Of a stretch of 64,000 bases of DNA, positions 11,586 through 21,262 are shown piece by piece. The position numbers were made by a program, and so were the translations under genes. The notes beneath the pieces were generated by a model that was not told where the DNA came from, ran no database searches, and saw nothing but the letters and a program-made list of their open reading frames with translations. This DNA is from Candidatus Krumholzibacteriota bacterium (lineage in GTDB: Bacteria; Krumholzibacteriota; Krumholzibacteriia; JAJRXK01): assembly GCA_963727455.1 (NCBI GenBank), contig CAVSGG010000008.1, positions 320,001-384,000 on the forward strand. The letters are read 5' to 3'. Numbering within the stretch: position 1 is the first letter of the stretch; each line of letters opens with the position of its first letter.

Positions 11586-13412
11586 ATGGGAATTCGCTAC
11601 GTAGATGGGAAGCGCTTTCGGCGCGCGGTGATCGCGGGTGCCGAATGGGTGCGTCACATGCGCGAGCACCTCAACAAGATCAACGTCTTCCCGGTTCCCG
11701 ACGGTGACACGGGCACCAACATGGCTCTGAGCCTGTCTGCTTCGGCAGATGCGGCCCAGAAGAGCGACGACGACGATCTCGCCCAGGCGTCCCAGGACAT
11801 CGCCGAGGCCAGCATTCTGGGTGCGAAAGGGAATAGCGGCCTGATCATGGCCCACTGGTTCCTGGGCTTTTCCAAAGCACTCGGGAAGAAGGCACGTATC
11901 GGCGCCGAAGAACTGGCGCACGCACTGGGGCGCGCCACTCTCCAGGTCTACGAAGCCATCGAGAAGCCGCAGGAGGGGACCATCCTCACCGTGATGCGCG
12001 AGGGGAGCGACGCAGCAGCGCGCGCGGCGGAAAGCGGACGCGATGTGGGTGGAATCATGGACGAATTTCTCGACGCCGCCCGGGCCGCCTTGAAACGAAC
12101 GCCCGAAATGCTCGCCATCCTGAAGGAATCGAAAGTGGTGGACGCGGGCGGACAGGGTTTCGTGCATTTCTTCGAAGGGGTCAAACGTACCCTGGAAGGC
12201 TCGCCGCCACCGGTCGCGCGCGAGGAGGATCTACACGCCGACACCGCGCACCTCGCGATCGGCGAGGGGGAATTGGACGGGCGGTACTGCACCGAGGTCG
12301 TGGTGCGAGGTCGAAACTTCGATCCCAATTTGCTCAAAGCGCGCTTTCACCATCTCGGATCCTCCATGCTCTTGGCGACAACCGGCGAAGTCTTCAAACT
12401 GCACATTCACACCGATCATCCCGACGAGGTCTTCCGTTTGGCGCAGCGTTGGGGCAGCATCGAGGAGCGCAAGGTCGATGACATGCTGCGGCAGAACGAA
12501 GAGCGGCAAACCCACAAGCAGGAGCCGCTGGTTCCGCTCGTCCAGCAGCCTGCGACCGTGGCCATCCTCTGTGATTCCACTTGCGACCTGGATGCGACAA
12601 CACGGCGCGAGTACGGAATCGAGATGGCGCCGCTCTCGATTCTCTTCGGCGACGAGGTATACCGCGATCAAGTCGACCTGAGCACGACCGAATTCTACGA
12701 ACAGCTGCAGACGAATCCCCACCATCCCACCACCAGCCAACCGCCGCCACGCGAGTTCGTGGAAGCGCTGGAGCGCGTCCGCGACGATCGCGAGGTCATC
12801 ATCATCACCCTGGCCAAGAAGCTGTCGGGCACCTACCGCTCCGCTCTCAGCGCGGCCAAGCTGGTGGATCACCCGCGCGTGGAGGTCTTCGACTCCAACT
12901 CCGCCAGCGTGACCTTGGGAATGCAGGTCGTTTGTGCTGCGCGCCTCGCGCAAAAGGGTGCGAGCGTCGACGAGATTCTGGGCTGGCTGAAGCGATGGCG
13001 CGATCGTGGCGGCATTCTCTTCACCGTGGCCACTCTCGACTATCTGAAGCGGGGCGGCCGCATCGGCACCGCAGCCCATCTGATCGGCAGCCTCTTGCGG
13101 ATGCGACCCGTGCTCACTTTCCGCGAGGGAGAGGTACGGCCTCTCAGCAAAGTGCGCGGCGATGACGAAGCATTCGAGAAAGTGTTGCGCGCGTTCAACG
13201 AGGCGGTACCGGCCGGCAAGCGGGTGCGGCTGGGCATCTTGGATTCGACGGGCAGTACCCGTCTAGAGCAGGCGGAGGCGCGGGTGCGTGGGCGCAACGA
13301 AATCGTCGAGATCTTTCGCGGACACATCACCGGTGTCGTAGGCACCCACGTGGGTCCCGGGGCCTGGGGACTGTTCTATCAGATCGTGGAGGACGACGAT
13401 CCGCTGGTATGA
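11586..13412 (+). CDS. Fatty acid kinase fusion: DAK2 (FakA-like) plus DegV (FakB-like)
   Basis: LNKINVFPVPDGDTGTNM, GAKGNSG, EGTILTV, VVDAGG; then DSTCD, PTTSQP, LSGTY, LKRGGRIG, GTHVGPG. Confidence 0.9.
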   Translation: MGIRYVDGKRFRRAVIAGAEWVRHMREHLNKINVFPVPDGDTGTNMALSLSASADAAQKSDDDDLAQASQDIAEASILGAKGNSGLIMAHWFLGFSKALGKKARIGAEELAHALGRATLQVYEAIEKPQEGTILTVMREGSDAAARAAESGRDVGGIMDEFLDAARAALKRTPEMLAILKESKVVDAGGQGFVHFFEGVKRTLEGSPPPVAREEDLHADTAHLAIGEGELDGRYCTEVVVRGRNFDPNLLKARFHHLGSSMLLATTGEVFKLHIHTDHPDEVFRLAQRWGSIEERKVDDMLRQNEERQTHKQEPLVPLVQQPATVAILCDSTCDLDATTRREYGIEMAPLSILFGDEVYRDQVDLSTTEFYEQLQTNPHHPTTSQPPPREFVEALERVRDDREVIIITLAKKLSGTYRSALSAAKLVDHPRVEVFDSNSASVTLGMQVVCAARLAQKGASVDEILGWLKRWRDRGGILFTVATLDYLKRGGRIGTAAHLIGSLLRMRPVLTFREGEVRPLSKVRGDDEAFEKVLRAFNEAVPAGKRVRLGILDSTGSTRLEQAEARVRGRNEIVEIFRGHITGVVGTHVGPGAWGLFYQIVEDDDPLV

Positions 13413-13567
13413 GGGAGTGTCTTGAATTGGAAATGGATTCAGGGTACGGCCCGAACTACCCTCGATGAGCGCCTTACCTGATTTGCGCCATCTCCAAGGC
13501 GTGATCCCCAGTGTACTGATGGTGCCATCGCGCGAGAGATTCGAGCATCATTCGAGGAGTCGTTATA

Positions 13568-14596
13568 ATGAAACGAATTGGGTTGCTTGCATTGCTTTCG
13601 CTTTGTGTCATCTGTGTCTCTCCCGCCCCTGCCACAGCCGCCGATGCGGCCGATCAGGAACTCCATGAGATCGTTCTCGAACCCGATCTGGTGATCGGGA
13701 ACGATGAGGACGGGGTGTTGATCGGAAGGGTGAGCAGCGTCGTCGTGGATTCCCATGGCACGATCTACGTCGGAGACAATCAACTGGTGTCGGTCCTGAA
13801 GTTCTCCGACTCGGGTAAGTTCCTGGGAAAGTTCGGCTCGGAAGGACCGGGTCCCGGAGAAATCATGAAGCACTTCACGATGGGGATCGATGGCAAAGAT
13901 CGCCTGGTCTTCGCCGCCAATAGCGGACGGGTCACGCTACTCGATACCGAAGGAAAGTTCCTCGACGAGTTCAATCGGGATCAGCCGGGGTGGTTCATCT
14001 ACAGCCTGCAGTTCGACTCCAAGGGCAACCTCTACACGGTCGATCCGAACATGCTGACGCACCAGATGATTCGCGAATACTCGCCGAATTGGGAAGAACT
14101 GAGGTCCTTCGGGGACAGCTACGCGGTGGGAACGCACGAAGATCCTCGATCTGAGCAGACCTATGCGTCGGGGAGACTCGCAATCGGTCCGGCGGATACC
14201 TTGTTCTACGTGCAGTCGACGCCCTACGAGCTGCGCAAGTACGCCGAAGAGGGCGCCTTGGTGGCAAAGACGAGCGAAGGCGCCGGCGAATTCGTCCCCC
14301 CACATCCGAAGGTCGACTGGACGCGTACCCCCATTAGGGTAGGGTACTCAGGTGGCGCATGGGGAATCGCGGTTCGACCCGACGGACTCGTGCTGACCTC
14401 ATCGAGCCGACGTCTCGAGGATAACAGCCAGGAGAGCCTCCTCTGCTGTTACGACTCCCAGCTCCATCTGTTGGCCGCAAAGCGCATGGATGGAGGCTTC
14501 TTTCTCAGGAGTTCGGATTCGAAGGGACGCCTCTTCGTCGTGTCGCACTCCGATACGGGCCCCCTGATCACCCGCTACCGGATGCGCCTAAAGTGA
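13568..14596 (+). CDS. Secreted 6-bladed beta-propeller (NHL-like) protein
   Basis: Signal peptide; VDSHGTIYVGD, FLGKFGSEGPGPGE, FDSKGNLYTVD repeats. Confidence 0.8.
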   Translation: MKRIGLLALLSLCVICVSPAPATAADAADQELHEIVLEPDLVIGNDEDGVLIGRVSSVVVDSHGTIYVGDNQLVSVLKFSDSGKFLGKFGSEGPGPGEIMKHFTMGIDGKDRLVFAANSGRVTLLDTEGKFLDEFNRDQPGWFIYSLQFDSKGNLYTVDPNMLTHQMIREYSPNWEELRSFGDSYAVGTHEDPRSEQTYASGRLAIGPADTLFYVQSTPYELRKYAEEGALVAKTSEGAGEFVPPHPKVDWTRTPIRVGYSGGAWGIAVRPDGLVLTSSSRRLEDNSQESLLCCYDSQLHLLAAKRMDGGFFLRSSDSKGRLFVVSHSDTGPLITRYRMRLK

Positions 14597-14675
14597 GCAG
14601 CCCGGGAATACCCATGTGGAACTGCAGCGGGAGACTGGACCACGCGACCACAGGGCAGCCCTCACGAGTCTTGCG

Positions 14676-14771
14676 GCACGACTTCTACCCGGGTACACGG
14701 TCCGATCGCCTGTTCGGGCACTTGGCACGGTCTCCTGCCCGGGTGCATAGCACGAGTTCTACCCGGGTAGA
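14676..14771. repeat. Three GCACG-N-TCTACCCGGGTA palindromic units at the HNH gene 3' end
   Basis: TCTACCCGGGTACAC 14684-14698, CCTGCCCGGGTGCA 14734-14747, TCTACCCGGGTAGA 14758-14771. Confidence 0.85.
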
Positions 14772-16117
14772 GAATGCTCATGCTCGTGCTCGGGCTCATG
14801 CTCGGGACCACCCCCCTCTCGTCTCGCGGCTTGGAAAAGCTCCCGCCGTTTCTCTTCGCTCAGAGCATGCAAGGCACGATGACAGGATGCGCATAAGGTG
14901 ATGAGGTTTGTGAGCTCGTGCTTCCCCCCATCCTTCCTTGCAAGGATGTGATGCACCGCCAAGAAATGTCGCTGCCCGCATCCCGGCATACGGCATCGAT
15001 GCCGATCGCGCTCGAGAACCTGCCGGCGAATCCGCGGCGGCAAAGTCGAACGGGTTCGCTGACCAGGACGTTTGATCTTCGCGTCGCAGAGCGCCGCCTG
15101 CAGTGTCACGCGATCGATGACTCGGTCGCCGCGACCGGTGGCAACGCTAGCGGACTCACAACGCGGGCAACACTGGATGCGTACCTGATACGGCGACGCA
15201 GTCACGCGGGCCGAGAACCCCAGATGCGACCCGGCCCTGCCCGATTGGCCCTTTTGCTGACTCCCCGGCAGACTCTCCATCTGACTTCCGCGCTGACTAC
15301 CCCGCTGACTCCCCCGCTGGCTTCCCCGTTGATCCTCCCGCAGAGTGTTCCTCTTTCTTCTCGCTTTCGTGTCGGCCAGTAGCGACGACAGTGCCGCGAG
15401 CAGCAATTCACCTTTCGCCTCACGATGACCACATTGGCGCAACTGGGCGACGAGCGCCTCGTAACGGGCAAACTGCTCCGGAGTGAGAGTGACGCTGAGG
15501 CCGAGGGGAATCTCCGCAATCCTCTCCTGCGCAGCTTGCCCCTCCCGCGGGGTTTGCTCTAGCTCTGGGGCTTGCCTCTCCTGAGTCAGCTCTCTCTCTG
15601 AGGCCACCTTCCCCTTTTCCTCGAGCCCGGCTGAGGTCCCCAAGGCCATCTGCGCCGAGTGGTCTACCCGTGTGGCGCGAACCCGCCGCTTCGTTCGGTC
15701 GATCTCCCGTTCGAGCTCACGGCGGCTCGAGCCCTGCGCCTTGCGCAGCCACTCCTTCTGTGTCTTCGCGGTAGCCACGGTGGCCACGGCCCGCGCTTTG
15801 GTCCACCCCAGCTCGCCCGAAACCACCGCCTTGCGCAAGGTCGGCAGCTCTTTCAGACGCTCCGCCAACTTCAGGAATTGATAGGAGCGTGCTCGTGAAA
15901 ACCCGAGAGCCTCCGCTGCATAAAGATGAATGCTCCCGAAGCCGAGCTTCTTGTAGAGCCGGCGTCGGTGCAGTTCGGCGAACCAGAGAACCACACTCTG
16001 CTCGGCGGAGCGCCAGTTTTGCACCGCGCGCTTCAGTTCGTGGTCGACCTGCACCGCGCTGAGACCAGGACGATAGGCGGGGGAACAATGGGACTGTTTC
16101 GGCGAAGCTGCTGACAT
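14759..16117 (-). CDS. HNH endonuclease with DUF222-like helical N-terminus
   Basis: RDRHRCRMPGC..VHHI...GGKHELTNLITLCASCHRALH; GELGWTKA-type N-terminal motif; GGAGG RBS before ATG 16117. Confidence 0.85.
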   Translation of the reverse strand: MSAASPKQSHCSPAYRPGLSAVQVDHELKRAVQNWRSAEQSVVLWFAELHRRRLYKKLGFGSIHLYAAEALGFSRARSYQFLKLAERLKELPTLRKAVVSGELGWTKARAVATVATAKTQKEWLRKAQGSSRRELEREIDRTKRRVRATRVDHSAQMALGTSAGLEEKGKVASERELTQERQAPELEQTPREGQAAQERIAEIPLGLSVTLTPEQFARYEALVAQLRQCGHREAKGELLLAALSSLLADTKARRKRNTLREDQRGSQRGSQRGSQRGSQMESLPGSQQKGQSGRAGSHLGFSARVTASPYQVRIQCCPRCESASVATGRGDRVIDRVTLQAALCDAKIKRPGQRTRSTLPPRIRRQVLERDRHRCRMPGCGQRHFLAVHHILARKDGGKHELTNLITLCASCHRALHALSEEKRRELFQAARREGGGPEHEPEHEHEHSLPG

Positions 16118-16358
16118 GATGGCCTCCACGAATCGAGAACGAATCGCTCGACGACCCGGTTCACACCGCGTCGTGGGTGGTACTTCTTTGGGGAGGCAAT
16201 ACAAACATAATAGTGTATTTTAGAAATTTCACAAGGGAAACTTGGGCGCTGTCATGCAGGTTCCTCTGGGCATGGCGCCCCTCGACACCCCAATCTTGTC
16301 CTAGAAATATACGATGTATTTGCGCCACATGATTGCGTCCCGCTCCCAGGAAGACGTC

Positions 16359-16436
16359 ACCGTCTACCCGGGTACACCCTCGCCCCCATCGGGTTCGCGA
16401 GGCGGGAAGGACCCACTACCGTCTACCCGGGTACAC
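16359..16436. repeat. Two identical 19-bp ACCGTCTACCCGGGTACAC units upstream of the HNH gene
   Basis: Copies at 16359-16377 and 16418-16436. Confidence 0.9.
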
Positions 16437-16668
16437 GGCCATGCTGCGGATGCTGATCGGCGCTTGGCCCGGCCCGCTCCTCACGCCCACCCTCTGTTTC
16501 CATCCGCGAGCCGGTCGCAAATCCGAGTCTTTTTTTCGCACGCACCCTTCTTTAGGCTGCCCGATCGGGACGCGAACGCACGCTCGACCGACCTTGCTTT
16601 CGTCAGACCCAAGAACTACCGTCGATGCGCTCATCCACACAGTAGGGATCCAAGGAAGGAGACGTCCT

Positions 16669-17718
16669 ATGATCGGGATCGTCGGTTATGGTTCCTATGT
16701 TCCGCGCTACCGAATCAAGGCAGATGACATCGCCAAGCAGTGGGGCGCGGACGCGGAGGCCTTCAAAAGGGGCCTCCTCCTCGAAGAAAAGACAGTCCCC
16801 GGACCAGACGAAGATACGATTACCATCAGCGTAACGGCGGCCCGCCACGCACTGGCTCGGGCCGGCATCGACCCCCAAGAAATCGGCAGTTGTTACATCG
16901 GTTCCGAGAGCCATCCCTACGCGGTCAAGCCCTCGGGGACCATCCTGATCGACGCTCTGGGGATTGGGCCCGAGGTCCATGTGGCCGACTTCGAATTCGC
17001 TTGCAAGGCCGGCACGGAGGCCATGTACGTAGCTTACTGTCAGGTCAAGTCGGGCGAGATGAAGTACGCGCTGGGGATCGGCGCCGACACCAGTCAAGGC
17101 GCTCCTGGCGATGCGCTCGAATACACCGCGTCGGCCGGTGGCTCCGCCTTCATCATGGGCACCGAAAACGTCGCGGCCGAGATTTTGCACACCTATTCCT
17201 ACACCAGCGACACTCCCGACTTCTGGCGGCGTGAAGGCGAATTTTACCCACGCCACGCCGGTCGCTTCACCGGGGAGCCCGCGTACTTCAAGCACGTGCT
17301 GAGCAGTGCCGGAGGAATCCTCGAGCGCAGCGGTATGAAGCCGGAGGATTTCCGCTACGCCATCTTCCACATGCCCAACGGGAAGTTCCCGCTGAAGGCC
17401 GGCAAGGCCCTGGGGTTCAAGAAGGAACAGATGGAACAGGGCTGGGTCGTCAATCTCATGGGCAACACCTACAGCGGGTCCTCGCCCACTGGATTGGCCG
17501 CCTGTCTGGACGTTGCCAAGCCCGGGGATCAGATCCTCATCACCTCCTTCGGAAGCGGCGCCGGATCGGATTCCTTCATTCTGCGCGCGACCGACCGTCT
17601 GCCCGCGATTCAAAATCTGGCGCCTAAGGTGCGCGATCAACTCGGCGACCGGCGCATTCACCTTGACTACGGCAAGTACGTGGCCTACCGCGGCAAGATC
17701 CGCATGAACGAGGTTTAG
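16669..17718 (+). CDS. Archaeal-type hydroxymethylglutaryl-CoA synthase
   Basis: [18 protein letters not shown] (catalytic Cys), [28 protein letters not shown]; AAGGAGG-like RBS. Confidence 0.9.
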   Translation: MIGIVGYGSYVPRYRIKADDIAKQWGADAEAFKRGLLLEEKTVPGPDEDTITISVTAARHALARAGIDPQEIGSCYIGSESHPYAVKPSGTILIDALGIGPEVHVADFEFACKAGTEAMYVAYCQVKSGEMKYALGIGADTSQGAPGDALEYTASAGGSAFIMGTENVAAEILHTYSYTSDTPDFWRREGEFYPRHAGRFTGEPAYFKHVLSSAGGILERSGMKPEDFRYAIFHMPNGKFPLKAGKALGFKKEQMEQGWVVNLMGNTYSGSSPTGLAACLDVAKPGDQILITSFGSGAGSDSFILRATDRLPAIQNLAPKVRDQLGDRRIHLDYGKYVAYRGKIRMNEV

Positions 17719-17731
17719 AAAGGGGGATGAG

Positions 17732-18892
17732 ATGAGAGACGTAGCTGTCATCGGAATCGGCATGACGAAATTCGGCGAGTTGTGGGACACCCCCCTAAGG
17801 GATCTTTTCGCGATGGCGACCGCCGACTGTTTGGAAGATGCGGGGGTGGAACGCTCCAAAATCCAGTCGGCGTACATCGGTTGCATGAGCGGCGGACTTT
17901 TCGTGGGCCAGGAGCACCTGGCCTCCATCCTGACCGATTACGCCGGACTGCAGGGCATCGGCGCCACCCGCGTCGAGTCGGCCTGCGCCTCGGGAGGCGC
18001 AGCTTTCCGGGCTGCTTGGTTGGAGGTGGCCAGCGGAGCCAGCGACTTCGTTCTGGCTGGTGGGGTGGAAAAAATGAACGACGGCGCGGATGCGACCTAC
18101 TGCTTGGCTACTGCCGCCGATCAAGAATATGAGGTGTACAATGGGGTCACTTTCCCCGGTCTGTACGCGATGATTGCCAACGCGCACATGGAGCGCTACG
18201 GCACCACGCCGGAAATGCTGGCGTCGGTGGCGGTGAAAAACCACGACAACGGCGCCTTGAATCCGAAGGCACAGTTCCAGATGAAGATCAAGCCGGAGAC
18301 GGTTCTGGGTGCGGTGCGCGTGGCCGAGCCCCTGGGACTCTTCGATTGCTCCCCGGTCACTGACGGTTCGGCCTGCGTGCTCTTGGCGCCGGCGGATGTG
18401 GCACGCAAGCTCGGCAAGCCCGTGGTGAAGATCATTGGCTCCGGGCACGCCACCGACACCATCGCTCTGCACGATCGTGAGGACTTCGCCGCCATTCCTG
18501 TGGTGGGCGAAGCGGGACGCCGCGCTTACGAAATGGCCGGGATCGGCCCCAAGGACGTGGATGTCTGCGAGGTGCATGACTGCTTCACGATCGCCGAGAT
18601 CGTGTGCACTGAAGAACTCGGCTTCTTCGAGCGTGGTCAGGGTGGTCAGGCGGCGCTGAAAGGGGCCACCGCTCGTGATGGTGCGAGACCCATCAACACT
18701 TCAGGTGGTCTGAAGAGCAAAGGACATCCGGTGGGCGCCAGCGGCGTAGCGCAGATTTACGAAATCGTCACGCAGCTCAGAGGTGATGCCGGGGATCGCC
18801 AGTTGAAGAAGCAACCCAGGATCGGCATGGCGCAGAACATGGGCGGTTCGGGTGGAAGCTGCACCGTCCACATCCTGGAGGTGGAGTCATGA
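17732..18892 (+). CDS. Archaeal-type acetoacetyl-CoA thiolase (SCP2-like thiolase family)
   Basis: [34 protein letters not shown]. Confidence 0.9.
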   Translation: MRDVAVIGIGMTKFGELWDTPLRDLFAMATADCLEDAGVERSKIQSAYIGCMSGGLFVGQEHLASILTDYAGLQGIGATRVESACASGGAAFRAAWLEVASGASDFVLAGGVEKMNDGADATYCLATAADQEYEVYNGVTFPGLYAMIANAHMERYGTTPEMLASVAVKNHDNGALNPKAQFQMKIKPETVLGAVRVAEPLGLFDCSPVTDGSACVLLAPADVARKLGKPVVKIIGSGHATDTIALHDREDFAAIPVVGEAGRRAYEMAGIGPKDVDVCEVHDCFTIAEIVCTEELGFFERGQGGQAALKGATARDGARPINTSGGLKSKGHPVGASGVAQIYEIVTQLRGDAGDRQLKKQPRIGMAQNMGGSGGSCTVHILEVES

Positions 18893-19281
18893 TTACGCCG
18901 CGCTACCATCGCGAGATTCCTCAGCGCTATCGGTTGGAGGCCGGCAAGTGCAAGCAGTGCGGAGAGGTCCACTTCCCGCCTCGCGCGGTGTGCCGCAAAT
19001 GCGGGGCACGTGAGTTCGACACCACCAGTCTGCCGCGTCGCGGCAAAGTGCTGACCCACACCACGATCTGGATTCCACCCGCGCAGTTCGAAGCACAGAA
19101 GCCGTACGTGGTCGCCATCGTGGAGTTGGAAAACAAGACTCGGCTCACCTGCATGGTGGCCGACGCTCCGCCCGACGAGGTGAAGATCGGCACCGAAGTG
19201 GAGATCATCTTTCGCAAGCTGCAGTTCGATCCCAAGTGGGAAGTGCTGCAGTACGGCTACAAGGCGAGAGTCATCAGCTAG
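18889..19281 (+). CDS. DUF35 Zn-ribbon/OB-fold scaffold protein
   Basis: [28 protein letters not shown]; 4-nt overlap with the thiolase gene. Confidence 0.9.
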   Translation: MITPRYHREIPQRYRLEAGKCKQCGEVHFPPRAVCRKCGAREFDTTSLPRRGKVLTHTTIWIPPAQFEAQKPYVVAIVELENKTRLTCMVADAPPDEVKIGTEVEIIFRKLQFDPKWEVLQYGYKARVIS

Positions 19282-19465
19282 AGTCCTTTGGACTTGGCCA
19301 AATGACGGGCAGATGAGCGACGAATACAAGGGCGATTCCTCGAATGGGGGATCGCCTTTCGCATGAGGGCTTGATTGTCAACGCGCCCTGCGGGTGAGAT
19401 ACTGCCAGCAAGATTAGGTCGATCAGTTCCAAGAGCTTGCGACGACACAGAGCAGAGGATTCGGC

Positions 19466-20779
19466 ATGAACCCACCCAAGAGCACTGGTCTCGGTTTCTG
19501 GGAGTTGGCCTCGATCGGCGTGGGCGGGATGGTCGGAGGCGGCATCTTTGCCGTCCTCGGTCTGTCCGTCAAGCTGACCGGAGGAGGGGCGCCCCTGGCG
19601 TTTGCGACCGCGGGGATCGTGGCGCTCTTCACCTCCTATTCCTATGCGCGACTCTCCGTTCACCTTCCCAGTCAGGGGGGAACCGTCACCTTCCTGGATC
19701 ACGCCTTCGGTTCCGGGCTTCTCACCGGCGGTGCGAACATCCTGCTCTGGATGAGCTACATCGTCATGCTCTCCCTGTACGCCTATGCATTCGGCAGCTA
19801 CGGGGCATCGTTCTTCCCGGAGGCAACGCATTCTGTGTGGAAGCACGTGTTGATCAGCTTCAGTGTCGTCGGTATCACGGGACTCAACCTCTTGAAAGCC
19901 AAACTCATCGGGGAAGCGGAAGACTGGATCGTTCTCTTCAAGCTTCTGATCCTGGCTCTCTTCATTGCGGTGGGAATCTGGGGAGTGGACGGCGCGCGGC
20001 TGGCGCCCTCCGCATGGGCCTCTCCGATGGGCCTCGTCGCCGGCGGGATGATCATCTTTCTCGCCTACGAGGGTTTCGAGCTGATCGCCAACGCAGCCGA
20101 GGATGTACGCGACGCGGCCAAGACTCTGCCACGAGCGCTCTACGCCAGCGTCGGCTTCGTTATCGTGCTCTACGTACTCGTCGCGGTCGTCACAGTGGGT
20201 TCCCTCCCAGTAAGCAAGATCGTGGGCGCCGAGGACTACGCCCTCGCCGAAGCGGCGCGACCTTTTCTGGGGCAGACCGGTTTCCTTTTGATCGCGATTG
20301 CTGCCATGCTCTCCACCGCGTCGGCCATCAATGCAACGGTGTATGGAGCCGCCCGGCTGAGCTACGTGATCGCGAAGGACGGCGAGCTACCGAGGGCTCT
20401 GGAGAAAAAGGCCTGGGGAAGACCTCTGGAAGGGCTTCTCATCACCTCTGGGCTCACCGTGTTGGTGGCCAACCTCGCCGATCTTTCGAGTATGTCGACC
20501 ATTGGTAGCGCCGGCTTCCTTTTGATCTTCGCCGCGGTCAATCTGGCCAACGCGAGACTGGCATCCACGACCAAGAGTCACAGATCAATTTCCCTGATCG
20601 GGGCCGCGTTTTGCCTCGGCGCACTGGGGTGCTTGATCTGGCACACGGTGAGCACCGCACCCCAGCAACTGTGGTTCTTGGTTTTGATGATCGGGTTCGC
20701 CTTTTTCGTCGAGATCGCCTTTCGGGTGATTTCGGGACGTCGGATAAGTCTGCGCAAAACAAAGCACCTCTCGGCCTGA
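19466..20779 (+). CDS. APC family amino acid permease
   Basis: GGMVGGGIF, AYEGFELI, about 12 hydrophobic segments. Confidence 0.9.
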   Translation: MNPPKSTGLGFWELASIGVGGMVGGGIFAVLGLSVKLTGGGAPLAFATAGIVALFTSYSYARLSVHLPSQGGTVTFLDHAFGSGLLTGGANILLWMSYIVMLSLYAYAFGSYGASFFPEATHSVWKHVLISFSVVGITGLNLLKAKLIGEAEDWIVLFKLLILALFIAVGIWGVDGARLAPSAWASPMGLVAGGMIIFLAYEGFELIANAAEDVRDAAKTLPRALYASVGFVIVLYVLVAVVTVGSLPVSKIVGAEDYALAEAARPFLGQTGFLLIAIAAMLSTASAINATVYGAARLSYVIAKDGELPRALEKKAWGRPLEGLLITSGLTVLVANLADLSSMSTIGSAGFLLIFAAVNLANARLASTTKSHRSISLIGAAFCLGALGCLIWHTVSTAPQQLWFLVLMIGFAFFVEIAFRVISGRRISLRKTKHLSA

Positions 20780-20928
20780 GCCTTCGGACTCGTTCTGCTC
20801 CCTCGCTCAGGTTTCCAGTCGATTCCGCGTGTGCAGAGGGAACCGGTGGTCCGACCCCGGCTCGCCCCATCTTCGATGTGGCGTTATCCTCTCTGAGTCG
20901 TCTGCAGACTCGATCCATGGAGGTAGTC

Positions 20929-21192
20929 ATGATCGCCACGGATGCGCTCCAGACCATTCCGAGCGTGGGCCCCAGCATCGCGGCTGACCTGCGCTCGCTC
21001 GGCTATCGGCAGGTGGAAGACTTGCGCGATGAGAGCCCGGAGGAAATGTACGATTCGCTCTGCGAGCTGCGCGGAGAGAAGATCGATCGCTGCGTGCTCT
21101 ACACCTTTCGCTGCGCGGTCTACTTCGCGAGTACGAGCCAGCACGATCCAAAGCTGCTCAAATGGTGGAACTGGAAGGACGAAGGACGCTGA
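20929..21192 (+). CDS. Helix-hairpin-helix protein, Cdd1 (pathogenicity locus) family
   Basis: LQTIPSVGPSIAADL, DRCVLYTFRCAVYFA, KWWNWKD; GGAGGT RBS. Confidence 0.8.
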   Translation: MIATDALQTIPSVGPSIAADLRSLGYRQVEDLRDESPEEMYDSLCELRGEKIDRCVLYTFRCAVYFASTSQHDPKLLKWWNWKDEGR

Positions 21193-21262
21193 AGCGAGAA
21201 GACGCTCCTGCTGGTCCAAGGAGAGAGACAAGCTCGTGGACAACTCGCTGAAAGGGAGACTC

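Noticed and set aside
14676-14771. CRISPR array interpretation of the palindromic repeats (also 16359..16436 and 23647..23694)
   Set aside because: Units are too short and too few, spacing is irregular or absent, and no cas genes are present.
16669-19281. PhlABC (DAPG acetyltransferase) assignment
   Set aside because: The synthase retains HMG-CoA synthase catalytic residues, and no type III PKS (phlD) is nearby.
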